NCBI RefSeq assembly: GCF_006345805.1
Contig: NC_043008.1
Span: 65,720,001-65,784,000 of the forward strand
DNA: 64,000 bases
Source: Octopus sinensis
Lineage: Eukaryota
Reading direction: 5' to 3'
The notes under the pieces were generated by a model, which saw only the letters and a list, made by a program, of their open reading frames with translations, did not search any database and was not told where the DNA came from. The translations under genes and the position numbers were made by a program. This document shows, piece by piece, positions 27,594 to 41,400 of this stretch. How positions within the stretch are numbered: position 1 is the first letter of the stretch; each line of letters opens with the position of its first letter.

Positions 27594-28387
27594 CATCTTA
27601 TATACATTTATATATATAATATATGTATTTTTCTATTTATGCATGTCTCCCCATAACATTTGTGTTGCAGAAAGCCATATGACTACAGTCCATTTCATAA
27701 CTTAATGTGGTCATAGTGAAATACTCTCCAGTTCAAAGCCGTACTTCCAACAAAACTGTAATAAACGAGAGCAACTGCGTATTTCTGAGTTTCCCTTACA
27801 AAGCTCATGACGTATATTTCTCCGCAAGATTTTTATTACCTTTCGAATAAAATATCCTATTTTACATTAAAGTCATTATACATAGACTTACAGTTGTAAA
27901 ATAGAGATGTTGCCCAGTCATCAGAGATATACAATAAATATATACATACATATATTCATGTATGTACACACATATGTTTGTGCCTGTCCGGGTTTGTGTG
28001 CGTTTCATCGTTTGTTCTTGTACAGAGGCAGACAGAAAGAGAGAGTAGGAAGAGCGTGTTCATATTTGAAGGTTAAATTCATTGCATTTTTATATGTAAA
28101 TAAAACTATTCCAACAAAGAGATGGGAATTTATTCCGCTGTTATTCGCAACATGTGAGGTGCGAATTAGGCGAAGTAAAATATAGACGTACACACATGGA
28201 AATAAAACAGACATACATAAAATTTCCAATAGACTACGCATAAATAAGTATACACTCATTTTTATGCCCATTTCATACTGAACTAACATCGCACTTTCCA
28301 GACACTTTCATATATTATTCATTTAGTTATGCACGCGCAAGTACAGGTTGCGCATACATACAAATACGTGTTTGTCAGTGGCTGCTT

Positions 28388-28395
28388 AGATGGAC

Positions 28396-28467
<72 letters not shown>

Positions 28468-28489
28468 GATAGATAGATAGATGATAGAT

Positions 28490-28528
<39 letters not shown>

Positions 28529-28604
28529 GATAGATGGATAGATGGATGATAGATAGATAGATAGATAATAGATAGATGATAGATAGATAGATAGATAGAT
28601 AGAT

Positions 28605-28669
<65 letters not shown>

Positions 28670-28686
28670 GGATAGATGGATAGATG

Positions 28687-28725
<39 letters not shown>

Positions 28726-28734
28726 GGATAGATG

Positions 28735-28769
<35 letters not shown>

Positions 28770-28770
28770 G

Positions 28771-28845
<75 letters not shown>
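28388..28845. repeat. (AGAT)n/(GGAT)n microsatellite
   Basis: Visible directly. Confidence 0.95.
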
Positions 28846-28998
28846 TTCTTCGTATGTATGTAAAACTGGATATGAGTATATATCTATATAGAGAGAGAGA
28901 GACAGACAGATAGTGAAAGAGGAGGAGGAAAGGAGGAAGAAGGGAGGAGAGGAGAGGTGAGAGAGATACCCAAAACTCCTTAAATATGTGTGTGAGTG

Positions 28999-29152
28999 TA
29001 CATACTAGCTGTTTATATTTTTGCAGCAAGTTATGTCTATAAAGAATTTCACACTAAACTGAAGTGCTACTCAGACGACCAAATGCGAGCCAGTCGCAAA
29101 TTAGGAACTACTTGTAAAATCTTCAGACAAACATACACACATAAACGCACAC

Positions 29153-29202
<50 letters not shown>

Positions 29203-29299
29203 GTATATATATATATGTGTGTATATATGTGTGTATATATATATATGTATATATATGTATATATATATATGTATATTTATATATATATGTATACATATG

Positions 29300-29334
<35 letters not shown>

Positions 29335-29506
29335 GTGTGTGTGTGTGTGTGTGTGTGCGTTTGTGTGTGTATGTTTGTCTGAAGATTTTACAAGTAGTTC
29401 CTAATTTGCGACTGGCTCGCATTTGGTCGTCTGAGTAGCACTTCAGTTTAGTGTGAAATTCTTTATAGACATAACTTGCTGCAAAAATATAAACAGCTAG
29501 TATGTA
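28999..29506. repeat. Near-perfect inverted duplication (~170-bp arms) around a (TA/CA)n core
   Basis: 28999-~29165 is the reverse complement of ~29335-29506; one mismatch seen outside the simple repeat. Confidence 0.92.
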
Positions 29507-30454
29507 TATATATATATGTATATATGTATGCAAATATACATATTCATATATGTTTATATACATGCATATATACGCATACCTATATATATATATATATGTA
29601 CGTATGAGTATATGTTTGTGTGTTTGTATGTGTGTTATCTGTGAATGTATGCACAAATTTCATGTTTGTATAATGTGGAATAACATTAAATACGATGTAT
29701 AAGTAAATAGTAATTATATTTGGCACGACGCATCAAATAAAATTCTCTGAAGGCGAGTGGCGTGGTTGTCATGTTCTTCGGCTTATGGGCAAAAGATCGT
29801 GATTTCAACTCTTAAATTGAGGGGCGTGGTGTGTCCTTCAGCAAAGCTCCTCTTTTCACGTTTATTCAGGTTACAGTGCCTTAATGAGAAGCAGCAGGTG
29901 CAAGTTATCTCTCTTTTCTCTCTCTCTCTCTCTCTACCTCTAACTCTCTCCTTTTAGTTTTCATACACAGAACGATTTACAAGGTGAAGAGAAATGTGGC
30001 CAAGAGTGCTTCAATATCTGCTCGAGACTGCATTGCAACTTGATACAGTTAGCTAAACCTCCGTTTTCTCCACACTTGGTAGATGTACAAATTCACGCAT
30101 ATACACCGCATTAAGTTAAATTCGAATTCCCCCATTTCTCTTCATCAGTTCCGCAACCTCACTCTCACAACTTTACTCTATCACACTTTCTCAATGACAT
30201 ACATACACGAGAGGAAAAAATGTCCACTGAACCACACCCAGAGAGCACAAAATGTTTTTACGACCAAAATAAGATATACATTTGGAAGGTTGAAACCTGG
30301 CCTCACATTTGCCCGTGATTTACTGCCTCTTGGCTCCATAGCTCGCCGCTGTTTGGAAAGGATCGAAGCGCCACGCTTTCACGGTCCGTATCCGTACTGA
30401 AAATCGGTATCGAGCAAGCACTTGCTTGACGTGGGGCTTTGCACTTTGCTCGAT

Positions 30455-31139
<685 letters not shown>

Positions 31140-32095
31140 TCCCTTTTGATGGATTAAAACATCAACAGTTAACAGGAACGTGAATGAAAATATTGCAAAA
31201 TAAGTTAAAAGGAAAATCAGGGAATTATTTTAAAAACAAAGTGAAAAGGGAACCAAATTAGGAAAAAGCATCCTTCGAAAAGTCGTTCTACAGGCAAGAA
31301 TTGTTGCTATCAAACTAGCTTGATTAGTTTACAAATGGAACTCGTCAGATCAACTCGCATGGAATGCTAATAACTCTTAGTTTTAATTATTAATACGGAT
31401 GTAACTCAGCAACAGACAGCCCCAAATGATGTCGTAAACAAAGTGACTGATTAAAGATTGTAAAAAATATATTTGAGTGGCTTCAACCTAGAGATGTTAG
31501 TATTCAAAGAGGAAATAGGAAAATAATAAATATCGAGTCATTTGTAAGGCTAAGAGGGATTAATCAGAATGTGACTGTAGTTACTGAAGGCCCAAGGAGA
31601 TTTCAAAAAGGGATTATCAGTATCAACAACTCTTTAGTTTCATTTAGTGTAATAGAAGAATTTTCTGCACATCGAATTGCGCAGAAGATTTTCATTGTAC
31701 TTCTCAACTGAGAGTGAGGGAGTTTCTCAGTGCATTCATTAGACGAGGTTGCTAAATCTTCCGAAAGTTAAATTCCACTGTCTTAAAAAGGAAAAGAAAA
31801 AAATTACAGTTCAACGTACACAGTGCTAATAAAATAAAAGGGGATGCTAAGACTGGAAAATCTTTGACTATAGGTCTCCTTGATTAGTACTGAGGTGGGC
31901 AGGCTGAAAAGAAGCTCTGTTACTCTAAAAGCCTGGTATATATATATATCAACCCTCTTCAAAAGTGTTAACAGCTTTCAATTTTCTTTAAGAACTGAAT
32001 TAGGAACAACCTCTGGCGGATGCTGCGTGAGAGTAAATGCGGCTTAAGAATATTCAACTACTACCTTAGTTGAATGATATATAAATATACATCTA

Positions 32096-32146
<51 letters not shown>

Positions 32147-32154
32147 TATATATA

Positions 32155-32365
32155 GCAGTCAAAAAGAATTTAAGTAGAAAGAATAGCCAAAGCTTTTTGA
32201 CTGCTATTTCTAAATTCGGTGTGTGGTGAGGCAAATCGTTGCTGAACCCTTAATTACTTAGTATAATTTAAACCTTCCTTGAATGGGTCTTTTACATGCC
32301 GAACTCTACTTGGTGAAATTAATGATTATTTCTAAATTAATTAACTTCACCCTTTATTATTGACA
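32155..32365. mobile_element. (TA)n-flanked repeat, copy 1 of the fold-back family
   Basis: Highly similar to 36484-36680; retains a 14-bp inverted remnant TAGCAGTCAAAAAG/CTTTTTGACTGCTA. Confidence 0.75.
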
Positions 32366-33304
32366 TATATATATATATATATATATATAGTTAATTAATA
32401 ACACATATATCAGAAAAGAAGCACACTCTAAAGAATAGAGCAGTAATGGTAACAAAGGCTAGGAGTCCTTCACTCCCAATGGTTTAACCGCGCGATCGGG
32501 TATTCAGTCCGATTACTATGTCCCCGCGCATGATACAGCCTTAAGACATTTATTGGATGGCCGTTGACTTTCAAGAGTTCCTCCGCCCTTTGACGGGTTT
32601 TGTTTTTCATCCCGCAGGGTGTCCAATAAACACCCTCCTCACCAAGCAAGCTTGGTGGGGTTACCGGTTTAGTCGCCGACGACCCGACCATGCAACTGGG
32701 TTACACTCGAAAGTGACCTGACCTGAACATACATATATACACGCACACATACACACACATCTATGCATCTATATAGTGTGTGTACGTATGTGTCTGTGAA
32801 CATGCATATATATATGCATGTGCGTGACAGCATTTGTCCCTTCATCGCTTGACAACCGGCGTTAATTTGCTTACATCCCAACGACTTAACTATTCGAAAA
32901 AGATACAGACTGAAGTAAAAAAAAAAAGTATTTTAGTTGATTTCATTTACTAAATTTCTTAAAACGGGTCTCCAGCAAGGCCACAGACCAATGATTGGTA
33001 AAAGAAAAGAATAAATTAATATATCTAAATGTATTAAATTGTCGCGGCTAGAATGCATTTGATCATCGGGGGCTTAATCATATTCGGTCTAGGGTTAAAA
33101 GCAACTGAAATTCATACAACTTATCTCTACTTTAGTCAAGGCTACTTCTAGAGATAAATACTGAATATATTTACCCCTTTTTTTATGATTATTTGATCGA
33201 ACTCTTTAACAATAAACCACCTCCCTCTCTTTAGATAAAGTTACTACTCGATCTCTCGACGTGATAAAGGTAGCTGACAAATCTTCATTAATCTACGAAT
33301 TTTA

Positions 33305-33952
33305 AGGTCGTGAGCTGGCAAAATTGTTACCACGCCGGACGAAATGCTTAGCGGTATTTCGTCAGCTAAGGCGGCGACCTGGCAGAAACGTTAGCACGCC
33401 GGGCAAAATGCTTAGCAGTATTTCGTCTGTCGTTACGTTGTGAGTTCAAATTCCGCCGAGGTCGACTTTGCCTTTCATCTTTTCGGGGTCGATAAATTAA
33501 GTACCAGTTACGCACTGGGGTCGATGTAATCGACTTAATACCTATGTCTGTCCTTGTTTGTCCCCTCTATGTGTAACCCCTTGTGGGTAATAAAGAAATA
33601 GGTATTTCGTCAGCCGTTACGTTCTGAGTTCAAATTCCGCCGAGGTCGACTTTGCCTTTCATACTTTCGGGGTCGACTAAATAAGTACCAGTTACGCACT
33701 AGGGTCGATCTAATCGACTTAATCCATTTGTCTGTCCTTGTTTGTCCTCTCTCTGTTTAGCCCCTTGTGGGTAGTAAAGAAATAAGTATTTTGTCTGTCT
33801 TTACGTTCTGAGTTCAAATTCCGCCGAGGTTGACTCTGCCTTTCATCCTTTCGGGGTCGATAAATTAAGTACCAGTTGCGTCTTGGGGTCGATCTAATCG
33901 ACTGGATCCTTTACACCAAATTTCGGGCCTTGTGCCTAGAGTAGAAAAGAAA
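33305..33952 (+). mobile_element. SINE family A with multiple tandem modules
   Basis: Three full GAGTTCAAATTCCGCCGAGGT..GGGGTCGAT modules (~185 bp apart) plus a duplicated head. Confidence 0.88.
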
Positions 33953-35974
33953 AGAATCTACGAATTATCGTTTTCAAAATTATCATATAATATAATGTGA
34001 TCCAGATCACAAATTGTGAATTAAAGTTACTTATGTATTAGATGTTGGTCTGTATCAGTCACTTTTTCTTCTTTAAGAGGAATCGACTACATCACTGCAA
34101 GACAACAAACTTCAGTGCTACAGTTGCTTCGTTAACTATACTATCCTACCCAACTGTATATACTTCCAGTTGGATGATCTTAGCTATTAAGAGTTAGTCT
34201 TGTTATGGACATTTTCAGTGAATATGCAGACCGAGAAAATTCTCAACTGGTTGATGTCCTATTAAACCAGCCATTTGTGCTCTCGTTCTCTATATTTCAC
34301 GCTAGCAAAACCTAATAAGAAAATTCCTTAGAGAATTATTCTCTGAGACTATGAGACTTACAGATAATGAAACTCTACTTATGTTCTATACAATATATAT
34401 TTTACTTCTTTCTCTTTTTTTTCTTTGCTAACAAGAACCCCCAAATGTAAATCTTCTTATGAAGTTATTCATAACCACAAACTACTGGTTTTCCATTGAC
34501 TAAAATATATAACATACTTGAATTGATCTTCCCATCTTATGACTATTATTAACAGATTTCTTTGCCACGATACATATATTAAATATTATTTGGACAATAC
34601 TAATGTTGATATACATTTCCAGTAGCTATATTACTCGGAGTAGATTTCATGCTACAGCCACTATTCTTCCCCAGCATTTCGAAACTTGGTCGAAGGTTAT
34701 TCATTATAATGTAGTTTAGTAAGAAATGGAACAGCCCACAGCAATTCTATTTTCACCAAAATGAGTTATAGGTTGACCTAAATATCGAATAATAGATTTG
34801 AACTGACTGATGTTTACTAGCAAGAAATATGGCGTATAATCTTTGAAATTCCTATACAAGAAAAACATATATACATATGTTTGCATATGTATGTATGTAT
34901 GTATGTATTTTTTTATGTATGTATGTATTATGTATGTATGTATGTGTGTATATATGTACACACAAGGTATTGATAAATCTAGACAGCTAAACATACTAAA
35001 CATAGTAATGATGTTAATAGGTCCCCGGACATCGTATGTCCAATCAATTATTGATACAGTATCCAGAGCATTTATGCCAACGTTCAGTCGGTGTTGCTGT
35101 TGTTATATGTTTTATTAATTTATTCATTTTTTTTATTATTTAGATTTTCACTTGAGTTAATACCAATGAAATAGTCCAAATAAGAATAAGAATGCCATGA
35201 ATAAAGAAGCAATACATTATTCTGACTAGTCTATCACAAACATGAATATATTTTCATATATTGAACTAAGATCAAGTACGAATATGCGAATATACTTGCT
35301 TCGATGTAGAAACTATATACATTGGAGATTTTACAGATGTGGAATTGAAGGCATTGCTTTGCAATATTATTATTAACTTTCCTGCAAATAATTGTTATTT
35401 CTCTCTGAATCTATTGCTAGAATGATTGCATAGTAGCAGCGAAACATTTAAATACTTAAATGAATATATAAATATATGCAACTCAAAGAAGGGAAAGAAA
35501 TTGTATTGGTTTATTCTATCGATAAGTAACCTCACAGTAATCTCTTATTACTGGTTGTTACCACAAGGCCATACTTCGGTATTATAAACAGTATAGATTT
35601 CCAATTAGGCTTTCTTTCCTATTTGTTCATTTGTCCATGATCAAGCAAGATTGGACACAAATGCAGCTCTGTCGTTAAGCAGTTTGCTTCGCAGCCACAT
35701 GGATCCGGGTTCAGTCCTTAGTCTTACTTCTACAACTACGGTGATAGGGCTGCTGCGAGTTGACTAAATACGTTATTTGTTTATAAAATCTGTCTGACAG
35801 AAATTGGTAACAAACCAGAATAGCTAAGAAGTTCGTCTCATAACAACAAGGTCCACAGGTTGTGGCGAGGACTGGATCAACTGGTACACTCGTCGTCGTA
35901 ACCGACAAAGTCCCAGTTTACATATACAGGTCGATAGATAGATGCATGGCTCTACACCTACGCACACATAGATA

Positions 35975-36005
<31 letters not shown>

Positions 36006-36053
36006 TATATATATATATATATATCAAAAGAAAAACAGGACGCAAAGGATTTT

Positions 36054-36146
36054 GCGGTACATATGTTTCGGGCTTTATTGAACAACTAATTCTTATATCA
36101 ATGCATAGTTGATACAACAGATAGATCAAAAGCCTTCTTCAGCCGC
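36054..36146 (-). ncRNA. Type I hammerhead ribozyme with extended stem II
   Basis: Minus strand: GCGG-CTGAAGA-A GGCTTT...AAAGCC C-GAAA-CATATG-TA-CCGC; palindromic ACATATGT stem III, GUA site; inside a (TA)n-flanked 36024-36300 segment. Confidence 0.72.
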
Positions 36147-36320
36147 GTTCAATTACCTCACCAAAAACATGTAGCACATTATAACAGGTTTGAGAAAGAG
36201 TTTGAGAAAAAGCCGAGTTTCATTGGGAAAGTAAATCCTCATAGGCGTACATGGTATTGCGAGACTCCAAAACAAATCGTCCATACCGCTTCTTCACTCA
36301 TTTATATATATATTTATATA

Positions 36321-36690
36321 TACTAAGTAATTAAGGGTTCAGCATCGATTTGCCTCACCACACACCGAATTTAGAAATAGCAGTCAAAAAGTTTTGGCTA
36401 TTCTTTCTACTTCGTCATTTCTTTCTCTTTTGCCTGCGTCGTTTGTTTTTTAAGTGCTTTGGTTTTACTGGGATCTCCCTTTTAAGTAGAAAGAATAGCC
36501 AAAACTTTTTGACTGCTATTTCTAAGTTCGGTGTGTGGTGAGGCAAATCGTTGCTGAACCTTTAATTACTTAGTATTACTTAAACCTTACTTGAATGGGT
36601 CTTTTACATGCCGAACTCTACTTGGTGAAATTAATGATTATTTCTAAATTAATTAATTGATTTCACCCTTTATTATTGATATATATATAT
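36321..36690. mobile_element. Fold-back repeat, copy 2 (~91-bp inverted arms, ~72-bp spacer)
   Basis: 36321-36411 is the reverse complement of 36484-36575 with few mismatches. Confidence 0.8.
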
Positions 36691-36713
36691 AGGTAATAAG
36701 ACAGTTATTCCCA

Positions 36714-36777
<64 letters not shown>

Positions 36778-37727
36778 CATACGCGCACACAAATATATCA
36801 TATAGACAGTAAGGTATTTCGCTGCCAATACTGGATGAAAAGCAGCAATATGCCAGATCGCCAGAACGCCAGACATCATCAAGTTTTCAGTTTTTTTAGT
36901 AGTATATATTTCCATGTAGCCGGTCAATATTGCATCGAGAATTACATCCGACGCACCTTATCAATTTATACGCTAGACATCAGGGCTCAATCACAGATGT
37001 CCAGCAAAGCTACTTACACACGCTCCAGCTATCGACAACTAAAAGCACCCCTATAATATCGAAACTTGTGAAGCTCCTTTCACCCAGGCTCTACTGTCTA
37101 TAGCGCTATCCCCCACCAATGTCATTCTGCCACTTCATCAAATCAACATGCTTCGTTGCCTTTCTGTCTCTCGGCTCTTGCTTCTTCGTCTATGACACAC
37201 CGTGATGAACGGACTACGTCCCACCCTCGACATAAATACCTGATCACGTTTACAAACCGAATTCTCTATATTTCTCGACATCATCTGCATCCTTTTGCCT
37301 CCCGGTCATCTTCCACAGCTGAAAGGAGAATAAAGTCTTTTTCTCAATTCTGATAAAATTTGCTTACTGTGGTCTCGTATACTCCCTCATTTGCTAGGAC
37401 TCTGATTGACTTCTGGAAGTAAAAACACATACATACTTACACTCATGTTCACATACACACATACACACACAGATGCATAGATACATACATACATAACAAA
37501 TGAGGGTTACGAATCTCTAAAGAATTGACAATGTTATGTGATTATATAATTTACATTATATAACTAATAATAGTGAAACGCACGTAAGATAATGTAACTA
37601 AATATTTTATAAACAATGTCTCCTGCTTAATTTGGTAGTCCTTCATTCTCTCTCTCTCTCTCTATGTATTTGTGTGCGTATGCGTATTTACACACAAACA
37701 CTCGCACATAAATTTATACATATATAT

Positions 37728-37788
<61 letters not shown>

Positions 37789-38189
37789 TTTACATATATA
37801 TATAATTGTGTGCCTGTTGTGTACATATGTATGTGTAAATATGAATGTGTTCATATATGTATATACACTCGTTTATTAAATAAAAGGCGACATTTCATTT
37901 TTATCTATTCTCTTTCTACTCCTTAACAACCATTAAAGAAATTTTATTGGTTTAAATTATTAATAGCCCAAACATCTCTTTTATTGTATGTTTTAGTATC
38001 ATTTCATTAATCATATTTGGCAACTCATGGACGGTATTGTCTTCATTTTAAGTTACAAACATTTTAGTTTACTAGCTTGCTATAGCCCTTTACAAAGTTA
38101 AAACTAATAAATTAACCCTATAAAGCGGATTTTGCTAGAGAAATAGCTAAAGAATATTTTATTAAATATATTCTTATATTAGTTAAATA

Positions 38190-38330
38190 TAAAAGTTAGA
38201 AATAGAAAAGAATCTTGGCGTTGTACTGAAGAAAAATGCAGAGGTCGTATCTAAGTTAATGGAAGTTTATGGCGAAATGTCACTATTATGTTTAGGTTTC
38301 ACTCTGTAAAGTGTTGTGGCAAAACAATGA
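38190..38330 (+). pseudogene. Possible FLYWCH zinc-finger relic (MULE-type transposase fragment)
   Basis: KVRNRKESWRCTEEKCRGRI*VNG..FHS resembles the W-x-C-x4-C-x-GR pattern; contains a stop. Confidence 0.35.
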
Positions 38331-38594
38331 GCTTAAAGTATCTGTAACTGGATAAGAAAACGATATCATCCTTGAATTGTCAAATAAGATTAATGAAATG
38401 ATATTTAAACACGTAATAGAAGAGGTTTTGTGTGCTATTAAAATTTAAACAACTAAATATTCTCCAATGATATTTGTTAAAGTAGACAAAATGAAATGCC
38501 AACATCCGCTTAACAAAACTTATATATAGGTATAGGTAGATAGATATATACATACATACGTACATACATATATACATGCATATATATATATATA

Positions 38595-38637
<43 letters not shown>

Positions 38638-38639
<2 letters not shown>

Positions 38640-38942
38640 ATGCGCAATGGCCCAGTGGTTAGAACAACGGACTTTCGGTCGTAGGATCGCGGTTTCGATT
38701 CCCAGACCGGGCATTGTGAGTGTTTATTGAGCGAAAACACCTAAAGCTCCGCAATGCTCCGGCAGGGGGTGGTGGCGATCCCTGCTGTACTTTTTAGCCG
38801 CAACTTTCTCTCACTCTTTCTTCTGTTGGCCTGCTCGCTTAGCCAGCGGGGTGGTATCATTTGAAGGCTAAAACAATGCGAAGCGCATTGTGACAAGCGA
38901 GGTGTAGCAACATCTGATAGCCTGGTCGGTCACGTGATCACG
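38638..38942 (+). mobile_element. tRNA-derived SINE family C
   Basis: A-box TGGCCCAGTGG 38648-38658, B-box GGTTTCGATTCC 38691-38702. Confidence 0.88.
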
Positions 38943-38966
38943 CGATATATATATATATAATATATA

Positions 38967-39025
<59 letters not shown>

Positions 39026-39169
39026 ATGTAGATGGCTTATTTCCAATTTAAAACCTAAAGGCAAATTTATAAACATCACTAAAGTGACAAGTGTACAAAG
39101 TGGTACCAGCATTGTCAGGAATAACAGCCAAAACCACTCATTAGCCACAACAAGCACTATCTTTGTAAG

Positions 39170-39320
39170 CTAACGTCGCAACTCATTTCTACGGCTGAAT
39201 AAATTGTAGCAACGTGAAATAAAGAGTCTTGCTCAAAAACACAGCACACAGTCCAATCCGGTAATTGAACTCATTACCTCATGAATGTGATCCCGACGCT
39301 CTAACCACCGAGCCATGCAT
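39170..39320 (-). mobile_element. SINE family D fragment
   Basis: GCAACGTGAAATAAAGAGTCTTGCTCAA shared with 44025 and 58990. Confidence 0.7.
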
Positions 39321-39368
39321 GCATATACATACATATACATATATATATGTGCCTGAATGTATTGTATG

Positions 39369-39402
<34 letters not shown>

Positions 39403-39438
39403 TATACATATACATATATGTAGATACATATATATACT

Positions 39439-39506
<68 letters not shown>

Positions 39507-40189
39507 ATATATATTCATTCAGGAGTTTCTAAGGTTAAAGAGCTTTCACGTACTTAGGTACGTATGTACGTACGTAGGTAAATACGTTAGATAGTGAGCA
39601 CTGGATTACCATTATACAGTACTACCTAATTACAGCCTTTGAACTTAGGCCTTCTCAATAAGGGCTGACAGGAACTAAACACCAATAACAATAACAACGG
39701 TTGTCTGTATTACAGACACAAGGACAATACTTAAGTAAGATGGGGTTGTTAGACGATTACAATGACATTTGTAACTATTTGGTAATCTCTTTATAGCCCA
39801 CCGGTGGATTGAAAGACGAAGCTAATTTTGGTAAGATTTTAATTCAAAGTAAAGCGCCAAAAGTAATACTTCATAGCTTTTTGACCGATGTTCTATCGAT
39901 TCTGCAAACCCGTTGCATTAAACAAGAAGAACAAACAGCAGCAACACTATTTGTAATAACATCAACAGCAACTACATCATTATCTGTTCCACCAAGCTGG
40001 ATGTAAGATTGAAAGTCAGGTACGGTCTAATATGCTAAAATTTACAAATGTTTCGTTTTGCTACCTTTCTCACTGTAGGAGAAGCTTGTGTATACTTGTG
40101 CTTTTAGGCTTAAAGTATGACGGCTCACTAGAGGGCGCTGGATAACAGATCCAGTAAGTCATCAATAAATACGCCTTGAAGTATTTAGT

Positions 40190-40390
40190 AATATTGATTT
40201 CAAATTTTGGTACAAGGGTAGCAATTTCGGCTGAGGTTTGAGTCAAAAATATTGACGCCAGTGCTCAACTGGTACTTATTTTATTGGCCCCGAAGGATAA
40301 AAGGCAAAGTCGACCCCACAACGTAAAGACGGCCGAGATACTGCGAAGCATTTAGCCTTCTGTTGCTAACGATTTTACCAGCTCACTGCT
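40190..40390 (-). mobile_element. SINE family A, decayed
   Basis: CAACTGGTACTTATTTT..CCCCGAAGGATAAAAGGCAAAGTCGACC is the reverse complement of the module. Confidence 0.7.
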
Positions 40391-40654
40391 TTAGTACTTG
40401 GCATTATTCCTGTATATTTTGAATTCATATTCTTCCAGTGAAAACTTTATTTTTTATTCACACAACGTCAATGAAATTCAAGTCAAATATTAGGGTGCGT
40501 TTAATTCGACTTTTGGCTTTCCGTATATCTTTCATTTTTCTTTTATTCATTAGGAAAGATGTTTTAACTAAGTCTCTACCAATAGATTCCATAACCCTCA
40601 TGCTAGAATGGACCTGAGGTGAAAGTAAATATTCCTTTTACTTTTTTATCCCTT

Positions 40655-41400
40655 CCACTTGTTTCAGCTGTGTAACTCCCGCCATGCTTGGGCGCAACGT
40701 TGAAGAATTTTATGTGGAATAGCCCGACCCCAGTGCTTTTTTCTGTTTATTGTATCGGTATATTTTTCGAGCCGCTAAATTACAAGAACATAAACACACT
40801 AACACTGATTGTCAAACGGTGGTGGGAACAAACACAGACACAAAGAAACACACAAAGACATATATACATATGTATGCAGTGGGTTTAGTCCCACTGCGTG
40901 TCACCGTGGGCAAGTGTCTTCTACTATAGCCTCGGGCCGACATAAGCCTTGTGAGTGGATTTCGTAGACGGAAACCGAAAAGAAGCCCGTCTTATATAGG
41001 TATATATATGTTTGAGTGTGTTTGTGTGTCTGTGTTTGTTCCCCCAACATCGCTTGACAACCGATGCTGGTGTGTTTACGTCACCGTAACTTAGCGGTTA
41101 AGCAAAAGAGACCGAAAGAATAAGTACTAGGCTTACAAAGAATAAGTCCTGGGATCGATTTGCTCGACTAAAGGTGGTGCTCCAGCATGGCCGCAGTCAA
41201 ATGACTGAAACGAGTAAAAGAGTAAAAGAGAGAGAGAGATACGACGTTCTTCTTTCAGCTTCCATCTACCAAATCCACTCACAAAGCCTTGGTTGGCCCG
41301 AGGCTGTAGTAGAGACGTCCAAGGTGCCACATAATGGAGCTGCACCCGGAGCCATGTACTAGGGAAGTAACCTTCATTCCACACAGTCACGAATGCGACT
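40655..41400. mobile_element. Cluster of SINE family B copies in both orientations
   Basis: Plus copy 40655-40870; minus copy ~40880-41225 (CCAGCATGGCCGCAGTCAAATGACTGAAAC); partial plus copy ~41235-41400. Confidence 0.8.

Noticed and set aside
29415-29470. CTGAGTA..GAAA in the inverted-repeat arm
   Set aside because: Core mismatch and no stem I.
30120-30152. Minus-strand CTGATGA motif (also near 51226 and 59832)
   Set aside because: No properly placed GAAA or stem I partner.
32470-32700. GC-rich hairpins as a possible HDV-like ribozyme in a LINE 5' UTR
   Set aside because: I could not build the nested double pseudoknot by eye; probably a TE fragment.
33305-33952. Regularly spaced repeats as a CRISPR array
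   Set aside because: Eukaryotic SINE modules, no unique spacers, no cas genes.
38638-38712. tRNA gene
   Set aside because: The tRNA-like head runs into a SINE body found in four copies; no complete cloverleaf.
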